Shown here one piece after another: positions 26,838 to 38,700 of a DNA stretch of 50,488 nucleotides. Numbering within the stretch: the first letter of the stretch is position 1; the number at the start of each line of letters is the position of its first letter. Origin of the DNA: Klebsormidium nitens (lineage: Eukaryota; Plantae; Klebsormidiophyceae); the NCBI GenBank assembly GCA_000708835.1, contig DF237541.1, positions 4,888-55,375 of the forward strand. The letters run 5' to 3'. The notes beneath the pieces are model-generated. The model was not told where the DNA came from, did no database searches, and saw nothing but the letters and a program-made list of their open reading frames with translations. A program made the position numbers and the translations under genes.

Positions 26838-29521
26838 TCAAACGCTGCCGGGTGCCTTGATGGGCCAGTACTTGCCAAAGAACGTGATGAACGCCTGCGG
26901 CAGAGAAATCCGCATCAAAATTGGACTGAACGAACCGACGAGCAGAAACCGCCTGCTAAGTGCATGGGAAGTGCGGCTGTGACTGGGACTTTCACTGAAT
27001 GGCAGAGATCCCTGATTCTTTACCTCACTCGAGCGAAAGGCGAGTGTTGAAAGAATCTCAGCACAACGGAATGCTTTCTGAATTAGTGTCGCCGCCAAAA
27101 AGCAGTCATCAGTAAGCACTGATCTAGTCGGCAGAGGGATTCCAAGTCGAGTTGCTTATCGATCTCATTTTGATGTAAGTGAACAGCAGCAGAGTTCCAA
27201 GAATGTTCACTAGTGAAGGCTCCTCAGAACCTGGCAGCTGACCACGTGAAAGGGGGACGAGGCTTCAAAACAGGCGGTCCTCGCAAAAGAAGAGTGACAA
27301 GAGCAGGAATCTGTTAGGCCTGAACAAGCCGAGCCACAGTAACTCCCAATGCACTTCCGGCAGATGTTGCCACCTTACCGAGGGTTGGCTTGACCCGAGT
27401 TCTCATACGAACCCGGTTGGACGTTGCAATATGACGCAATCGACTTCGCCAGTCACGTTTAAAGAATGGCCAAGAGAAAGGCTACGACAAGAAAAGAAGA
27501 GAAGCGCCCTCACCTCCACCAGGTTCCCCCCCATGAACACCACGAAGTAGTAGAACATGAAGTAGTACAGCCCGTCCTTGGGCCCGCTCAGCACCTGCTG
27601 CGCGCCGCCGTTGGCGAAGAAGATTGCGTCCAGGATAAGCAGCGGCACGATCTTGAGCTTGTGCACGTTGTGCAGCTGGCGCGTGAAGTAGTGCGTCGCC
27701 TGCTCCCAGACCGCCTCGGGCAGCGTCAGCTTGGCGAGCAGCACGAACTTCCAGCGGGGGTCGTTCCAGTAGTACAGCGTCGGCAGCAGCAGGATGATCG
27801 TGTTGATTGTGTGCCCGATGGTCCTGTGCGGAGGGAGGTCGACGTCAGGGACGAGGTTTCCGCAAACTTGTGATGGAAATCGTCAAACGATGCTCTGGTT
27901 CTATGAGCATTGCACACCTTTGCAGCGCTGCTGCGCCAGACAGGGGTAAAAATTGGGCGAATTTGATCGACATTGGATCTGGCGGTCTTACAGAAGGGCT
28001 CAAGGGGTTTTTTTGTGGGGTGACGGCTCGATTCAGTGGTTCTACTTGCGAGCCCGGGAGAGGCAACATGCAGAATTGTCTTTCTGGGGCTTCTTTGCCT
28101 TGATCCCTTGAATCTTTCAATCATCCTCAGCGTCTGCTCGGACATTGAACCGCATTGAACTTGCTTGGTTCGGACAATCGAGCAAGCATGCAAGTTTCCT
28201 TCCGCTAAGTTCAACCTGCTTGTCTCTCTTGTGAGCAGAGCCTCCTGTAACACGGTGCGCCCAGTGTCCTGCCTTTGTTAACATGAAGCAATGCGCCGCT
28301 GCGTATGCTACTACCCTATTTGAAAAGTTCGGAACACTCAGATGGAATCCCATGGCCTAAGAAACTTCTCATTGAGCCATGGCAATCATAGTTGTCTTAA
28401 CGGGTATGCAGGAATAGCAAAGGCCTCGCCTTTGGCATTGCGAGCTTTGGGAAGTACTCAGAGGGCCCTGACTTGGAGTGAAAACGTCCAAGGAGCGGTA
28501 TCCGTACTTCGTATGGTAGAATTTGTGATCGACCCAAGCGCAATGGGTTCCTTCCAGGAGCACCACTTGCAAGCAAGCTTCCCCAGTGACTTGAAGATTC
28601 TCAAGACAATCGTCCCTCGCACCAAGTTTTTGTTATAGCTTGGCAAGAAGGACTTCTGAATCTGAACGTGCTCATGAACAAAAGAATGTTATAGCTTGGC
28701 AAGAAGGACTTCTGAATCTGAACTTGCTCATGAACAAACGAATACAGGCATATGTGTGCAAACCTTACAATTGACTGACAGGGCAAAACCCTATGCTGCA
28801 AAGCCTCCCAGGATTGTCCTTTTACCGATGTATCATTGATGATCCTGATTTGAGGCCCAAATGCAGCACAAGGAACTTTTTGTTACCTTGTGATCTGCAT
28901 GTTTGGAGTTTTGGAGTTGAAGCCCAAGGCTGACTGCCCTGGCTAGTGGATGAGAGCAAAGCACAGAATCTTGCCTGTGGAAGTCGATGCTGGTGAAGGT
29001 TACGTCGTACATTGGGGAGGTGTTGGCAAAGTTGGGGCCAGGAGCCGTGGGAAGGCCAAACGTGTGCTGCACCAGCGTCTTATCATTCTGGTCCTGCAAC
29101 AACAGAAGAAATAAGTGTGGCTTGACACGTGCATTGAGCAATGTGAGTCCAACTATCTGGGTCCCACTTTCTGAAAACCCCAACCGTGGCGATGATCTGA
29201 GGTTGCTTCGTGTTGTTTTACCAAGCAACCAGGCAATGTGGGACACATCACACTTAAATGTTGAAGGTGACCGATTAGTGCATATGCTATTGCAGTGTAA
29301 CACACTATGTGTGGACAAATTCCACATAAATCAAGTCAAGTGAAGTCAAGATCCTTACAACTTCTATCAGAAGTTACTCAGCGCACTTTGTTGGTATGCA
29401 AGGAAAGAAGTAATGTCCTTACACTAGTCACTGAAGCTCCCACGCTAGTACTGGCCTGAGCCTTTGTCCTTTGCATTGGTCCAGTTGACGCCATTCTCCT
29501 GTCTACTCCGTTGCCAACCTT
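26838..29521 (-). CDS. Unidentified multi-pass membrane protein (3' exons only; 5' end unresolved, possibly extending to about 31860)
   Basis: Exons: 29521-29423, 29093-28975 (GC donor), 27823-27514 (strongly GC3-biased: TIGHTINTIILLLPTLYYWNDPRWKFVLL...LYYFMFYYFVVFMGGNLVE) and 26894-26838 (AFITFFGKYWPIKAPGSV*). Phases join correctly. The 29521-29423 exon is the least certain. Confidence 0.62.
28631..28742. repeat. Near-perfect 56-bp direct tandem duplication in an intron
   Basis: tgttatagcttggcaagaaggacttctgaatctgaac(g/t)tgctcatgaacaaa(a/c)gaa occurs at 28631 and 28687 with 2 mismatches. Confidence 0.95.
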
Positions 29522-31330
29522 CTGCAGAAAAGAGAAGGGCATTGAGGGTCGTACGGAATCACAGTGGATCAGGCGACACAAAGAGGCCCCAAGGAAGCCT
29601 TCTCAAAGCAGCAATTGTTGATCTTCCAGGGAAAGTAGGAGTCTTGGTCACAAGTAGCTTAAGCTATGATATTATGGGTCATGTGAATGAGAGCTGAAAG
29701 GGCAGAGTTTCAATGCTGCATGTCAAGAGAAGACTGGCCTTTTTATGCATTCCAACATCAACTGAAGTAACTCCTTAAATCAGAATGTTCATGGGACCCC
29801 AATATTGGAAGAGTAAATTCCTATGTCAGAGTGCCAAGAGGCGCGGTAATCAAGCGCACAAGCACTTAGGAAAATCCTTACTCGAACAATCTTTTCTTTC
29901 CGTCGGTCAAGAAGTGGATACAAAAGACGCAGCAAATGCCCAGGCCCAAATTCTCTGGTGACTGCAATTTCCTTTTGCTTCAAGTATCTTCAGCGACAAT
30001 TGTCCCTTGCTTCACAAATGCTACATAAAAAAAGGCGGGTTTTTGCGAAGCATCATTTTAAAAAATATATGTGCAAGCTTCTCTAAAGTTGCTCCTTAGT
30101 AGTACAGAGGGAGGTCACATTTCCAACATTATTGCCCTATAAGAGCAGTGCACTTGGACACCAGCTCAGCAGCTCAGCAGCTCCTTTTCTTGCGAGTTCT
30201 TACTAGAGCTAACACACAATCAAAAAAGAAAAGCCCTTGGTTTGCCTCATGGTCTCCAATTGAGGGAAGGGAGTTCGTTACAGCAAGGTAGATTGGGGGG
30301 CCTAGCACAGGCTGCGCCGATCGAACAAAGAGCTGTTGCCAAGAGGTGCAGAGCAAGGCGAAATGATGCTCAACTAGGGATTTGTTGCTCCATATGAAAA
30401 GTGCTGGCATTGGCGAGATTGCTTACATTGGAGCGCTGACTTACTTGACTGGTGAAAATGCTGGGTTGGCTGAGGCTGTGCCTTTGGCCGGCAAGATGGG
30501 TTCCTTGGAAGGTTGAGGAGTGCAACCACGCGTGACACCGGAGAACCCTCTGTTCACAGGTTAGCTCAGAGGTTTGCTTTAAAGTGAGAGTACCACGGGG
30601 AAAAGTATGCAACTGAGCAAGAATCGAAAGGGCCATAAGCTTGGCGGACAAGATTGCCAATGTGAAGATGCCTGCGGAGAGTCCACAGAATTTGCTTTTG
30701 ACAGCAATGCGAAAGACGAAGTTCTCTAAGGTACAAGAACACGACTTTTCTGCAAATCAGATTTCCAGCAGGAAAAGGTGGAGGCCCGGGCCCTGGGCCA
30801 TTGATAGGCTTCAGCGCAGCCCTGGTACAGTGTATCCTACTGGTCAGAAAGAATTTTGAGAGAAGCTCAGAAGTGAGCAGGAAGGGCTCGGAAGAAACAC
30901 CATCGATGGTTCCGAAGTTCCTGAATTGATGACAGTCCGAGACCCTTCACATGCCGCTTCGACGATAAGCACCTTCAGGCTTCTTGGGAAGTTTGGCCCA
31001 CGAGCAGGATACCGTATCGTCGAAGGGCTCGCCCCGTATCGACAGTGAGGGGCATCGGCCATCGGGCCGTTTACGGTTTGACCAATCAACGCTCGGGCGT
31101 TGGGATCCCCATGCAATGATTGGCGCATTGACTGGACATCGGCAATAATTCCATTATGGGACTTCGATTCCCGTCTCGACGGTGCGATATGCTCTGAAGC
31201 TGCATCGACGGTCAGAATCGCCTACTTATCGAAAGTCAAGAGTCAATCATGGAAAATTTGGTCAACTCAATATTTGGCGCCCAGACTTGGACTAACGGGC
31301 GCTTGAACTAAGATAGGCGCCCGGGAGACG

Positions 31331-31392
31331 GGTGGGGTTGGTTTGGTTTTTAGGGTGGGTTCGGGTACGGAGCGCGTAAATGTTTGGGTTAG
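31331..31392 (+). repeat. Degenerate telomere-like G/T-rich tract containing TTTTAGGG
   Basis: ggtggggttggtttggtttttagggtgggttcgggtac...tttgggttagg. Confidence 0.45.
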
Positions 31393-32754
31393 GTCTCCTT
31401 GTCTGTGTGCCCGGGGGACTCCGATCTTAGTTCAACCGACCGTCTCTTAGTAGTTCAAGCGAACGTCGCCAGGGAGTAGGCCACAGTTCAAATCCATCCT
31501 AGTTGCAGAGCCCATTTTGCCAGGCAACCGTCTTCGCAGCATGGCAAGTTTCTTTTCGTAGCTAGGCTTCAAGTTGAAGTTGCATGTCTCGAACAACGAT
31601 TATAAGTATCCTGTCTGGCATGAACCTCCGTCCGCTGGCCTGGTTAAGTAATTTTTGGCGTACCGGGCGCAGTCCGGGCATCCAACGGTGAAATCGTTCT
31701 ATTTTCTAAGATCGGACGGTACGCCGATTGCCTTTGCTGAACAGAAGGCTGAGTCCATCCCCGCCTAAAGGTCGCAGAAAGGAGGGACAGCGCCCGAAAG
31801 TGGTGAAGTCCAAAATTGTTATTTTGCCCAGCACCTCAGACTGGCCGCCATGGCTGCCGACATGGCTGAAATGAGCTGGGAGCAGCACCCATGACCAAAA
31901 TTTCTCAAACCCAACGGCAACCTGAAGCTATGTGCAACCTATAAATTGAATACCAGCTGCTTTCAAAGGTAAATTTGATGCACATTCTCCCCCCAAATCC
32001 AAAATGTGCCTTTCAACCCTAAAAGGAGCCTCGGAGGCGCAATGGAGGTTTTGTTGAAAGTCGCCGGGGCAACTATACATCAAATTTTGCAATCTCAACG
32101 GCAAGACTGCTCTACAAAAAGCAATCCTAGCTTGCTGAAATGCAAAGTTTGTGGAGAAAGACCTTCTACTCTCCCCCCACAGCCCGTCCCTGCCTCCTCA
32201 AGCCCTGAGCACAAGGCAGCCATTGCGGCAGTCTTCTGCTTCAAATTACTGGCTGTAGGTGTTCCGGTTTAGGCCTTGACTTCCGGGACTTTGGTTTTAC
32301 TGAGCACTTTGTCAGTCTTGGGCAACCGCTGAAAGTGCCCGGGGATTCAGCGGAAGTGACCGTCGATGTCACTTCCTCTGGTTCTGAACCGTCCGATGCA
32401 CATATTTATCTGAACATTCTAGGGGACAAGAAGTTTATGCCAGACAGGAGTATAGGTTATCCCACGAGTGCGAGAGAATATCGAAGTTTCGCGTCGAACG
32501 AGAGCGGATATTCCACGAGGGCCTCCGAGGCCCGAGTGGAATATGAAGCTCGAGGGATAATAATCATTATTACCTAGCAAAGCGCTTCGACTTTGCTTCG
32601 ACTCCGAGAGCGCTTCTTCAAATTCAGCGAGAGGCGGGCAAGAGGCCCAAATCATTGAGCCAAGGGAGGCCTGTTAGCCGTGCTGGTGTAGGGGCTGAGG
32701 GCTTCTTTTGCCAATCCATTCGTTGGTACGCATTGCTGGTTCGTATGAGCAACC

Positions 32755-35700
32755 ATGGCTCAAAAGATGACCGAAGAGCGGTATGCCGAAATCGAGCTGC
32801 TGCAGCGGTACAGGAGGGACCGCCGTTTGCTCCTCGAGTATCTTTGCGAGGCCTCCAGTCTCAAGAAGGTTGTGATGCCGCTGGGGGCTGTGACTCTGGC
32901 GGACGTTGATTTGGACAATGTTAGCGTGAATTACGTTCTGGAGGCCTGCAAGTCCCGGGGCACCCTGGACCTTACAGAAGCAGTCAAGCAGCATTTCAAG
33001 GAGCTGTCCATGGCGCCGAGCTTTGGGGCTGGAGATAGTGAGATTTTCCTGCTCGCCACCAACCCCAAGCACTCAGGAGGGCCCCCCTCGAGACCTGCCC
33101 CAGAAAAGCCTGGGCCGTCTTATGCTCATCTGGGAGGAGCGGCCTCACGCTCAGTTCCTGGAACTCCATCGAGGTCCTCCTCGTTGAAAGGAAAGGCGTC
33201 CCCACTGCGGCCACTCACTCCTGCAGAGGCTTACGAGGACGGCGTGGAAGAGTTTGATGACCTGGACGATGAGCCGCTTGCTAAGAAGCAATTTGCAGAT
33301 AACAAGGAGCTAGTGCTCCCTCTGCCAGCATTTGAAACGGGGTTAAGCGACGATGACATTCGGGAGACGGCTTATGAGGTAGGGATGTGACCGGTTTCCT
33401 GCATTGATTGAAGAGAGCAGATAGCGCACATGGAGTAGCGTTTTACCTGGTGGCAGCATCTGTTCAGCTTTTTGTGGTTGATTATCTGAGCCATTCAATC
33501 AATGTCATACAGTGCGCCACGCTCCAATTGAAGATGCCTCCTTGTATTTGAAGGTAGGCTCTATAACAATAATAAGCGTGGGCTCTACTTGTCCTTTTGC
33601 TCTTGACTTGGAGATAGATCACGCGCTTTAAAGTACCAATTCTAGAGCGAGTCAATTTTCGGGGGTAAGATCAGGGTGTCAGGTTTTCCCTTAAATGTTG
33701 CAGGTGCTTCTTACTGCGGTTGGCGATACTGGAGCGTTGCAGCCACCCCCCAAGGTGGTGGAGGAGAAGAAGAAGAAGACGCTCCTGAGGCGTAATACAT
33801 CAAAGAACAGGAGCAAAACGGCAGTGCCAGAGCCGGTGCAGGCTCATGGCCTCACCGGTTTGCTTGAGATAATTCGGGGACAGATGGAGGTGAGTTCACC
33901 GTCGCTTTACTTTCAGCAATCACGCTGCGCGGATTGCAACCTTATAGTACTGATTCAATCTTCTCCCCTTTCATTGCACCAACCAACATGCTTCAATCAG
34001 ATGCGCCAACACACCAACCAACATCCTTCAATTGGACATGCTGTTACACAAACCAACATTCTTCAATGAGATGTGGCTGGCTTCCTTTGGATGGATTCAT
34101 AGGTACATACCAGGATTGGATGCTACGTTCTATCTTCCAGAACGGTTCATGTTTGAGCTTTACCTGCAGGAGCAGAGACATTTTTGGAGTGCCCCAACAA
34201 ATGGTGATTAGGCCAGTTAACCACTCCAGATTGACCAAGAATTTGGTCGAGATGCTGGTCATCTATTCATGTGCAAGCTTCTGACTGAGGGAACCTCCTC
34301 TGATATCCAGATTGCGGACAATGCGGATCGCCGCACCAAAGACGCCCTCCTGAGAGCGGCAGCTGATAGGCAGGGGCGCCGCATCAACACCCTGCTAGTT
34401 CCTCTGGAGCTGCTCGCCAATGTGCCCCCATCAGAGTTTGCAAGCAAGCGGGATTACATGCGGTGGGAGAAGCGACAGGTGTGGTTTCAAATACTGCCTT
34501 GTCAAGAACTGACCTTATTTCCGGAACTGATGCTTTGATTAGAGATGACCCTTCTCTTTCGACAGTCAGGGCTAACCCTGGTGGTCCCAGGGCTCTAGAT
34601 AGGTCTGGAGTCACAGAGGTATACGTGATTCTGTAACCTCCCTTCAGACACAGGGGTCCAGATCCATCTAAGCAAAACGCCTCAATGGAGGCCTTTCTGT
34701 AAGTGATGGTGTCATATTTCACATCGTTTATACCAGGTAACCAGGTATTAAGAAGGGACACAAGTGGCGCCACCAATCTTACAAAAGGCAACTGGTCATC
34801 TGCTCTCAAATATCATCCTTGCCATTCTTGAACGTCATTAGACGATCAATGAGTCTGTTGCAGCCAGATCGTAGAGAACGGAAGCCGCATGCGTCCTTGA
34901 CCACTCAAAAACCTCACAACTATCAAAACCGAGAGCTGAGAACATCTGGTGTGCAGCTGAACATCTTGGTCGAGGGCCTGGTGAACCAGCCTGCGGTCAA
35001 ACTGAGCCCCTCCAACGAGCAGCTTGGAGTCAAGCTCAGACAGATTGTGGCCCGTGTAGAGGAGGCTCAGGTACGCCACCCTCCTTGCTCAAAGACTCCA
35101 CTTTTGCTTCAACTGAAGAAGGGCCAACACAGATCTGCCATCCCAACCTTGTCGCCCCAACTGGAAACCTGCAAGCGGTCCCTTCCTCCGTCGTGTCTGC
35201 AGAGACATGCGCACCAATTGGGGGCCAATGTTGTAGGTTGTAAGAAATGTCTCCGCCACCGTGCTGCACAGCAGCAACAAAAGATCCCCAGCAGAACACA
35301 GACCTAGTCGTATCATCAAGGAAATTCCCCATGAAAGCTCAAATTCCATTTTGGAATTCTTTGGATAGATTCAAAGTCCTGATGTCAACCTGAGCCGCTT
35401 CTTCTTCCTCCCCTCTCTAGATGCTGCCGGGCCCCAATGGCCCGAGCCAGCACATGGAGGCGCTGCGCGACCTGCGCGCGGTGGCTACGGCCCTGGCGGA
35501 GCGCAGCAACCGCGGCGAGAGCAGCGATGAGGTCATCCACTGGGCGGATGGGTACCCGCTGAGCGTGCGCCTGTATGAGGCGCTGCTGTTTAACATCTTC
35601 GACATGTTCGACCCCTCCCAGCTCATCGAGGTGCGTTCCGCATATTCAACACCTGATATCCAGAGGAAGGAGGAAACTGTATCAGTACTTGCCGCTTATC

Positions 35701-38700
35701 TGGTCTCAGCCGTGGGCAATCCCCAGCTAGCTTCCCTCCATGTCTTGGGTGAGCTAACTTTGACAATTTACGATTCTGGGAGGCTGCTACGCTGAAAAAT
35801 TGAGGGGTTTTCGAGGCTCTGGTCCGGCCCGTCCTTGAGTGGCCCGTACTTGTGTTGATCGTTACGCTCAGCCCCTGGAACGCATGTTAAGCCCCTCTGC
35901 AGTGCAATCGTCTCAGTGGCAAAGTTCGTCTCAACACGGGAGTCAAACTCAGCTGGATCTGACTCCTGTAGGCTTCACACAGAATGCATCAGGAACGCAG
36001 AATATCCAATAATCTCCTTTACCAGCTTCAAGGTTTCTTTTGCAGGAGATCGACGAGGTGCTGGAGCTGCTGCAGTCGACGTGGCGCATCCTGGGGGTGA
36101 CACGTGCAGTGCACGACGTGTGCCTGGCGTGGGTGCTCTTCAAGCAGTTTGTGGTCACCGGCAACTCGGACCTGCTGAGCACGGTCGCCAGCCACCTCAA
36201 GAAGATGGTCAGCGATGGCGGGCAGAGCGCGCAGGTAACGCCGTTCAAACTCTTCTAAGTATTGATTGGACAGTTTTGAAGATGCAAGTTTCATTCCTCC
36301 AACCCGGACGTGAGTATTGTCCCAGTCCGAGCCGGTCTTCTTGCTGCTCCGTTCCTTGTGGATCTGCCAATCTGGAGGTTGCTACTTCTCATTATACAGG
36401 GCCAGTTCGGCAAACCATAAGGGGCTGTCGAGGAATGTTTCCAAGGTAGTCAGAAGCATACTTTCAACTAGTAAAGAGTGACAACCGTAATCAGCCTCCT
36501 CGTTCCTGTCACTGAGAAGCCCCTCGGCTAAAGCGCGACCAGTCCTCTGCTAAGCCCATCATCAAACAGCGTCGGGCAACAGCAAGCCTTGAAAAACCTG
36601 TTATAAATTGGAAAGCTGAAAATACATGTTAATACATGTTGATAAGTTGGAAATCCTGATTTTTTCTGTCCACTGTTGCAGGAGCGAGCGTACATGCAGC
36701 TGATGCGGACGGTCTCCGGGGAGGGGGGCAAGAGCTACTCGTACGTCCAGTCTGTCCTGGACCCCATCAAGCAGTGGGCCGACCGCCGCCTCAACGACTA
36801 CCAGAGGGAGTTCCCCAACGGAGCGTCGGGCGTCATGGAGAGCCTCCTCAGCGTGGCGATGGTCTCGGGACGGCTGTTGGCGGACGAGACGGAGACGCCG
36901 CAGGTGAGGTGTTTTCAGGATCGTTCTTGCTGGCTGCTTTTCCTCCGTGTCATGCAGGCTTTGTCAGGATGCAAGGGAGGAAACGGAGTGAAGGCATTAT
37001 CTTACGGAGGAGGGTTGCATCGACGAATTTTGACAGCTCTCCATCGTCTTTCCTTCCGTTCCAAGTCGAAATCGAGAGACATCAAAACAAACGAGAAGAA
37101 TAAAAGAGACCAGAGAAATAAAAATCAGCCAGACATACTGCGCGCAATGATTGCAACAGCTGTTCCGGAGTACTTTTTCTTCCTGCATCTTGTCTGGTGA
37201 CCGCACAGCACCCCCGACGACGACTCTGCCGCGAGTGATGGCGTGTGTCCTCACTATCTTACAGGGCTCGTTCATAAGCGCTGGGCGGTCGTCCGCAGCC
37301 GGGGAGCGGGCGGCTATGGTGAAGCAGGCGGAGGGCTATGTACGGTCGTCCCTGAGGGCAGCGTACTTGCGAGCGGTGCGAGACGTGGAAGGGCAGCCGT
37401 CGGATGACAAGCCGACCGTGGCAGTTCTGGCAAGGTACGAAGCAGCCAGCTACAAGTGCGCTGAGACTATCCGCGATGGCACTGCAGAATTGGGCGGTGG
37501 TTTTTGAGGGAAGCAGTAGAAATTGCTGGTTGACCTTTCTTTAGGGAAACCACTCGGCAAGGATTAGCAGATCTGGGAGCTTGTCAACAACTCTGTTCAG
37601 CAGGGAGAGTCTGCTTAGAATCACAGCTCAAACCTTTCGGAGCTAGTGCGCTTGAGCCAGCAGGATCACTTTCTGCTTTGCCTGAGACGTTGAGCACGAG
37701 GGCGATCTTGGTTGATAGTTGTCCACGGGCTCAAAGCTCTCCCGGGGGAAAGAGTTGTCACTCTCGTTGCTCGCTCCGTTCAGGCTGGTGCGCGAGATCG
37801 CCAAGGAGGAGGCGTCCAACTACTCGCCGGTGCTCGTGCGGTGGAACGTGAACGCCAAGGTGGTGGCGGCCGCGACGCTGCACGAGCTGTACCGCGGCGA
37901 CCTCAAGCCGTTCCTCGACGGCGTCACGCAGCTCTCGGATGACGTCACGGCCGTGCTGCCGGTCGCCGAGGCGCTCGAGGCGTTCCTCATGGACATGACG
38001 GCGGGTAAGGAGCGGCGGGGTTGCTTGCATATTTTTAGGAGGTTTGAAACAACTTGCTCCTGTAAATCAGTCGTTTCTCTTGGTCTGTGGGGTTTACTCA
38101 GACACGCTTGTGTTTCATCTGCGTTATAAAGTGCAATCCCAGTGTTTTGCATTTTGATCCTTTAGGGCGACACATTGTGGACTACGGAAGCCTGTATTAA
38201 GTAAGCTAATACTCAAAACATCCGCTCTCTACAGGCGCCGACCAGACCGACGAGGGCGCCGCGATCCTGGAGAGCATGCAGCCGTTCGGCGTGAACGACA
38301 TGTCCGCCACCCTGATCGGCCGCTGGGTGAACCACCAGCTGACGGGCCTCGGCCAGATGGTCGACCGCTCGATCGCCGCCGAGCAATGGGAGTCGCTCTC
38401 GCAGACGCAGCGATACGCGCCGTCCGTCGTGGAGCTGTTCCGGTGGGTCGGCCGTCTCAGCTCGTTCAGGCTCTCGAACGGCCGAGGTTTAGCATTGACA
38501 TTGGGCACACTGCAAGGTGTGGCCGCCGTTTCAAAGGCGTGAACGGGCGATACATCTTCGCGGCATTGCTGGGTGTCAGCTTGCAAGCCAGTGCAAAAGT
38601 CGCCTTCTTTGTTTCTGTGCTTGCGAGTCTCTCCATGCCAGCATGCAGATCCTCACGAGTATTTGAGCGCTATCATTTGAGGAAACAGGACATGCGCGTT

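Noticed and set aside
30370-31888. Candidate 5' exons for the unknown membrane gene
   Set aside because: Several alternative exon chains are possible with weak acceptors and little codon bias, so none was reported as a feature.
34384-34809. 141-aa minus-strand ORF inside PATROL1 intron 3
   Set aside because: It partly overlaps exon 3 in antisense, has no recognisable domain and lacks codon bias.
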